This document shows, one piece after another, positions 16,781 through 18,739 of a DNA stretch of 18,739 nt (its first letter is position 1; each line of letters begins with the position of its first letter). Position numbers and translations under genes: made by a program. Below the pieces are notes generated by a model. That model was not told the DNA's origin, ran no database searches, and saw only the letters and a list, made by a program, of their open reading frames with translations. Source of the DNA: Promethearchaeota archaeon (GTDB lineage: Archaea > Asgardarchaeota > Lokiarchaeia > Sigyniarchaeales > SOKP01); the NCBI GenBank assembly GCA_016926735.1, contig JAFGOA010000221.1, positions 1 to 18,739 on the forward strand, in the 5' to 3' direction.

Positions 16781-18199
16781 TTAAATCTTCTTTAGTTTAA
16801 GAATTCTTAATTCTTTTAAAATAACAGGGTCACTAATATTAATTTCATTTTTTTTTTTTTTACTACTAATTATCACTGAACCTTTAGTTCCAAATGTGTT
16901 GATTATTTTATCAAATGGAGGTTCCAAACTTCTATTTAATATTTTTCGAGCCCCTTCCAAGCTCTGAGCTAATCCTTTACAGATAAATCCTTGAGGATGA
17001 TCATCTTTACTAATTCTTCCTTTTTTAGTTTTATACTTATACAGAGAAGGGATTTCTTGATGAATTGTAATCAAATTTGAAGCACCTATAATCCTTAGAG
17101 TAGTTGGAGGTAAATCTAATCTGCTTAAAAGAAAAACAGTTTTTTCTTTTCTTATCAATACTCTTTCATTTAATACTAATATTGCTTTAAAATAAGGGTC
17201 TTCTTTTGAAATATCTTTTTTGATTTTATTTCCTTCTTTATCATAGTAGGGATATAGTTTTCCTGATACAGTAATCATCCCTATAGTTATGTGAATTTGT
17301 GTTCCAAAGGTTATATCTTTCTTAAATAAATCGGATTTATTAACACCTATTTCTATAATATCTGAAAATTCAAATTCTTCAGAGTGATCTGTAACATAAC
17401 ATCCTCGATAAAGATCTTTAATATCAATGTTTTTTAGATTTAATCCTACTCTATATCCTGTGGTTGCAAATTCAGTATTTTCACTATAAATCTCAATATT
17501 TTTTATTCGAGATTTTAAATTTAATGGTAATATAATTATTTCCTGATTTTTACTAATTTTTCCAGATACTATTGTACCAGTAATTATAGTTCCTTTCCCT
17601 TTAAGATTAAAATAATGATCTATTGGTAAGATAAAACTACTATGAAATTTTCTTTGTAAATCAATTGCATTTATTATTTTGTAAATTCCATCTTTTAACA
17701 AATCAAATCCTGTTTTCTTTTTAGCTGAAACGGCAAAAATTGGAATATTTGCTCCAAAAATAGTTGATTCAAAAAATTTTCTTGTTTTTAATATTTGATT
17801 CTCTAAATCTCCATGAAATAAATCTATTTTATTTAATATTATGATAATATTTTTAATTCCTAAAGATTGAATCATTATTAAATGCTCTCCTGTTTGAATT
17901 TGAGGCCCTTTATTAATATCTATTACTACTAATGCTAAATCAATTATCTCCATAGAAGATGCACTGATTTTAATCAAATCAGCATGACCTGGAGCATCAA
18001 CAAGATTTATGATATATTCATTTAAAATAAAGCTTGTGAATCCTAAATCAATTGTAATCCCTCTGTGTTTACTTTGAGGGTGCGCATCAATTCCTGCTGT
18101 TGAAATAATTTCAGAAATTACTTCTGCGATTGCTGTCTTTCCACTATCTATATGACCAAAAAGTCCTAAATTAACAGGAATTTTATTAAGAATATCCAT
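16781..18199 (-). CDS. selB: Selenocysteine-specific translation elongation factor SelB/EFSec (archaeal/eukaryotic type)
   Basis: G1 GHIDSGKT, G2 RGITIDLGF, G3 DAPGHADL, QTGEHL, G4 NKID, G5 SAK, and PIDHYF...GTIITGT in domain II. The C-terminal RLDLPPTTLRI, GLAQS and TFGTKG motifs match archaeal SelB as recalled. No bacterial winged-helix tail. Confidence 0.93.
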   Translation of the reverse strand: MDILNKIPVNLGLFGHIDSGKTAIAEVISEIISTAGIDAHPQSKHRGITIDLGFTSFILNEYIINLVDAPGHADLIKISASSMEIIDLALVVIDINKGPQIQTGEHLIMIQSLGIKNIIIILNKIDLFHGDLENQILKTRKFFESTIFGANIPIFAVSAKKKTGFDLLKDGIYKIINAIDLQRKFHSSFILPIDHYFNLKGKGTIITGTIVSGKISKNQEIIILPLNLKSRIKNIEIYSENTEFATTGYRVGLNLKNIDIKDLYRGCYVTDHSEEFEFSDIIEIGVNKSDLFKKDITFGTQIHITIGMITVSGKLYPYYDKEGNKIKKDISKEDPYFKAILVLNERVLIRKEKTVFLLSRLDLPPTTLRIIGASNLITIHQEIPSLYKYKTKKGRISKDDHPQGFICKGLAQSLEGARKILNRSLEPPFDKIINTFGTKGSVIISSKKKKNEINISDPVILKELRILKLKKI

Positions 18200-18327
18200 T
18201 ATATTATAAATAATACAGATTTGATTAAATTCTTATCACTTGATATAAAAAAAAAGATATCATCTAGTAAACTAATAAATCATAGTAGTGTTTGTATATA
18301 AATTCGATACTTTTCCATAATAGTATA

Positions 18328-18570
18328 ATGAAATCATCCGAAGCTTGTAAATTATTACAAATCACGAAGCCTACATTATATAAATATAAAAATAATGGTC
18401 TTTCAAAAGCTATTCGGTTACCAAATGGATATTGGGATTTTGATCAAGAGTCTATTTATTCCTTCTTTAATAAAGACGTACCAAGGAAAACTTATGCATA
18501 TGCAAGAGTTTCTACAAACAAGAGAAAAAAATCATTAATTCAACAATTATTATCGCAAGATGGTGCTTAA
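18328..18570 (+). pseudogene. tnpA: IS607-family TnpA serine recombinase, internally deleted (80 aa from ATG 18328)
   Basis: MerR-like HTH (EACKLLQITKPTLYKYKNNG...RLPNGYWDF), then the catalytic motif YARVST, with a stop about 20 aa later. Most of the resolvase domain is missing. Confidence 0.85.
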
Positions 18571-18739
18571 GTGAAATTAACTGAGATCATTCAGGTAAAG
18601 AAATCAAAGGAACTCTCTCTGCTCTGCTATTTGGCTAAAAATCTTTATAACGTAGCAAATTTCCATTATCGTCAATTCTTTTTTCATTTGGATGAATTTA
18701 TTAATTACTATGATCTACAAATCATCCTAAAAGATCATG
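18571..18739 (+). CDS. tnpB: TnpB RNA-guided nuclease, N-terminal part (runs off the window; absent from the ORF track)
   Basis: Manual translation from GTG 18571: MKLTEIIQVKKSKELSLLCYLAKNLYNVANFHYRQFFFHLDEFINYYDLQIILKDH... The L-C-x-x-AKNLYNxANxxxRQ pattern is typical of a TnpB N-terminus. It abuts the tnpA stop, with GGTG SD upstream. Confidence 0.85.
   Translation, partial: MKLTEIIQVKKSKELSLLCYLAKNLYNVANFHYRQFFFHLDEFINYYDLQIILKDH

Larger units (their letters stand above)
18260..18739 (+). mobile_element. IS607-family element (tnpA remnant plus tnpB), left part; left boundary approximate
   Basis: Co-directional serine-recombinase tnpA followed by tnpB is the IS607 organisation. The left end could not be placed exactly. 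Confidence 0.8.

Overview
Very AT-rich archaeal window, most consistent with an Asgard (Lokiarchaeia-like) genome. That assignment is an inference from the archaeal-type ribosomal proteins, an archaeal/eukaryotic-type SelB, a Roadblock/LAMTOR-family gene and a TPR array. The core is most of the archaeal S10-spc ribosomal protein cluster, from uS19 to uL15. It includes Rpp29 and a 48-aa uS14 missed by the ORF track. The cluster is broken by a 15-TPR gene and a 574-nt spacer, and lacks its usual neighbours (uL3-uL4-uL23-uL2, aIF1, secY). The left flank holds a probably 5'-truncated FG-GAP/WD40-like beta-propeller, a two-TM protein that aligns without gaps to both TM blocks of eukaryotic DPM2, a small IS200/IS605-like non-autonomous remnant and ribokinase. 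The right flank holds a CobA/BtuR adenosyltransferase, a selB-roadblock pair, and an IS607 element with internally deleted tnpA and the start of tnpB. Most notable: probable AUU initiation of two genes (rps3 and the DPM2-like gene), the DPM2-like protein itself, and a SelB with a eukaryote-type G1 motif tightly linked to a Roadblock protein. All family comparisons are from recall; no searches were run.
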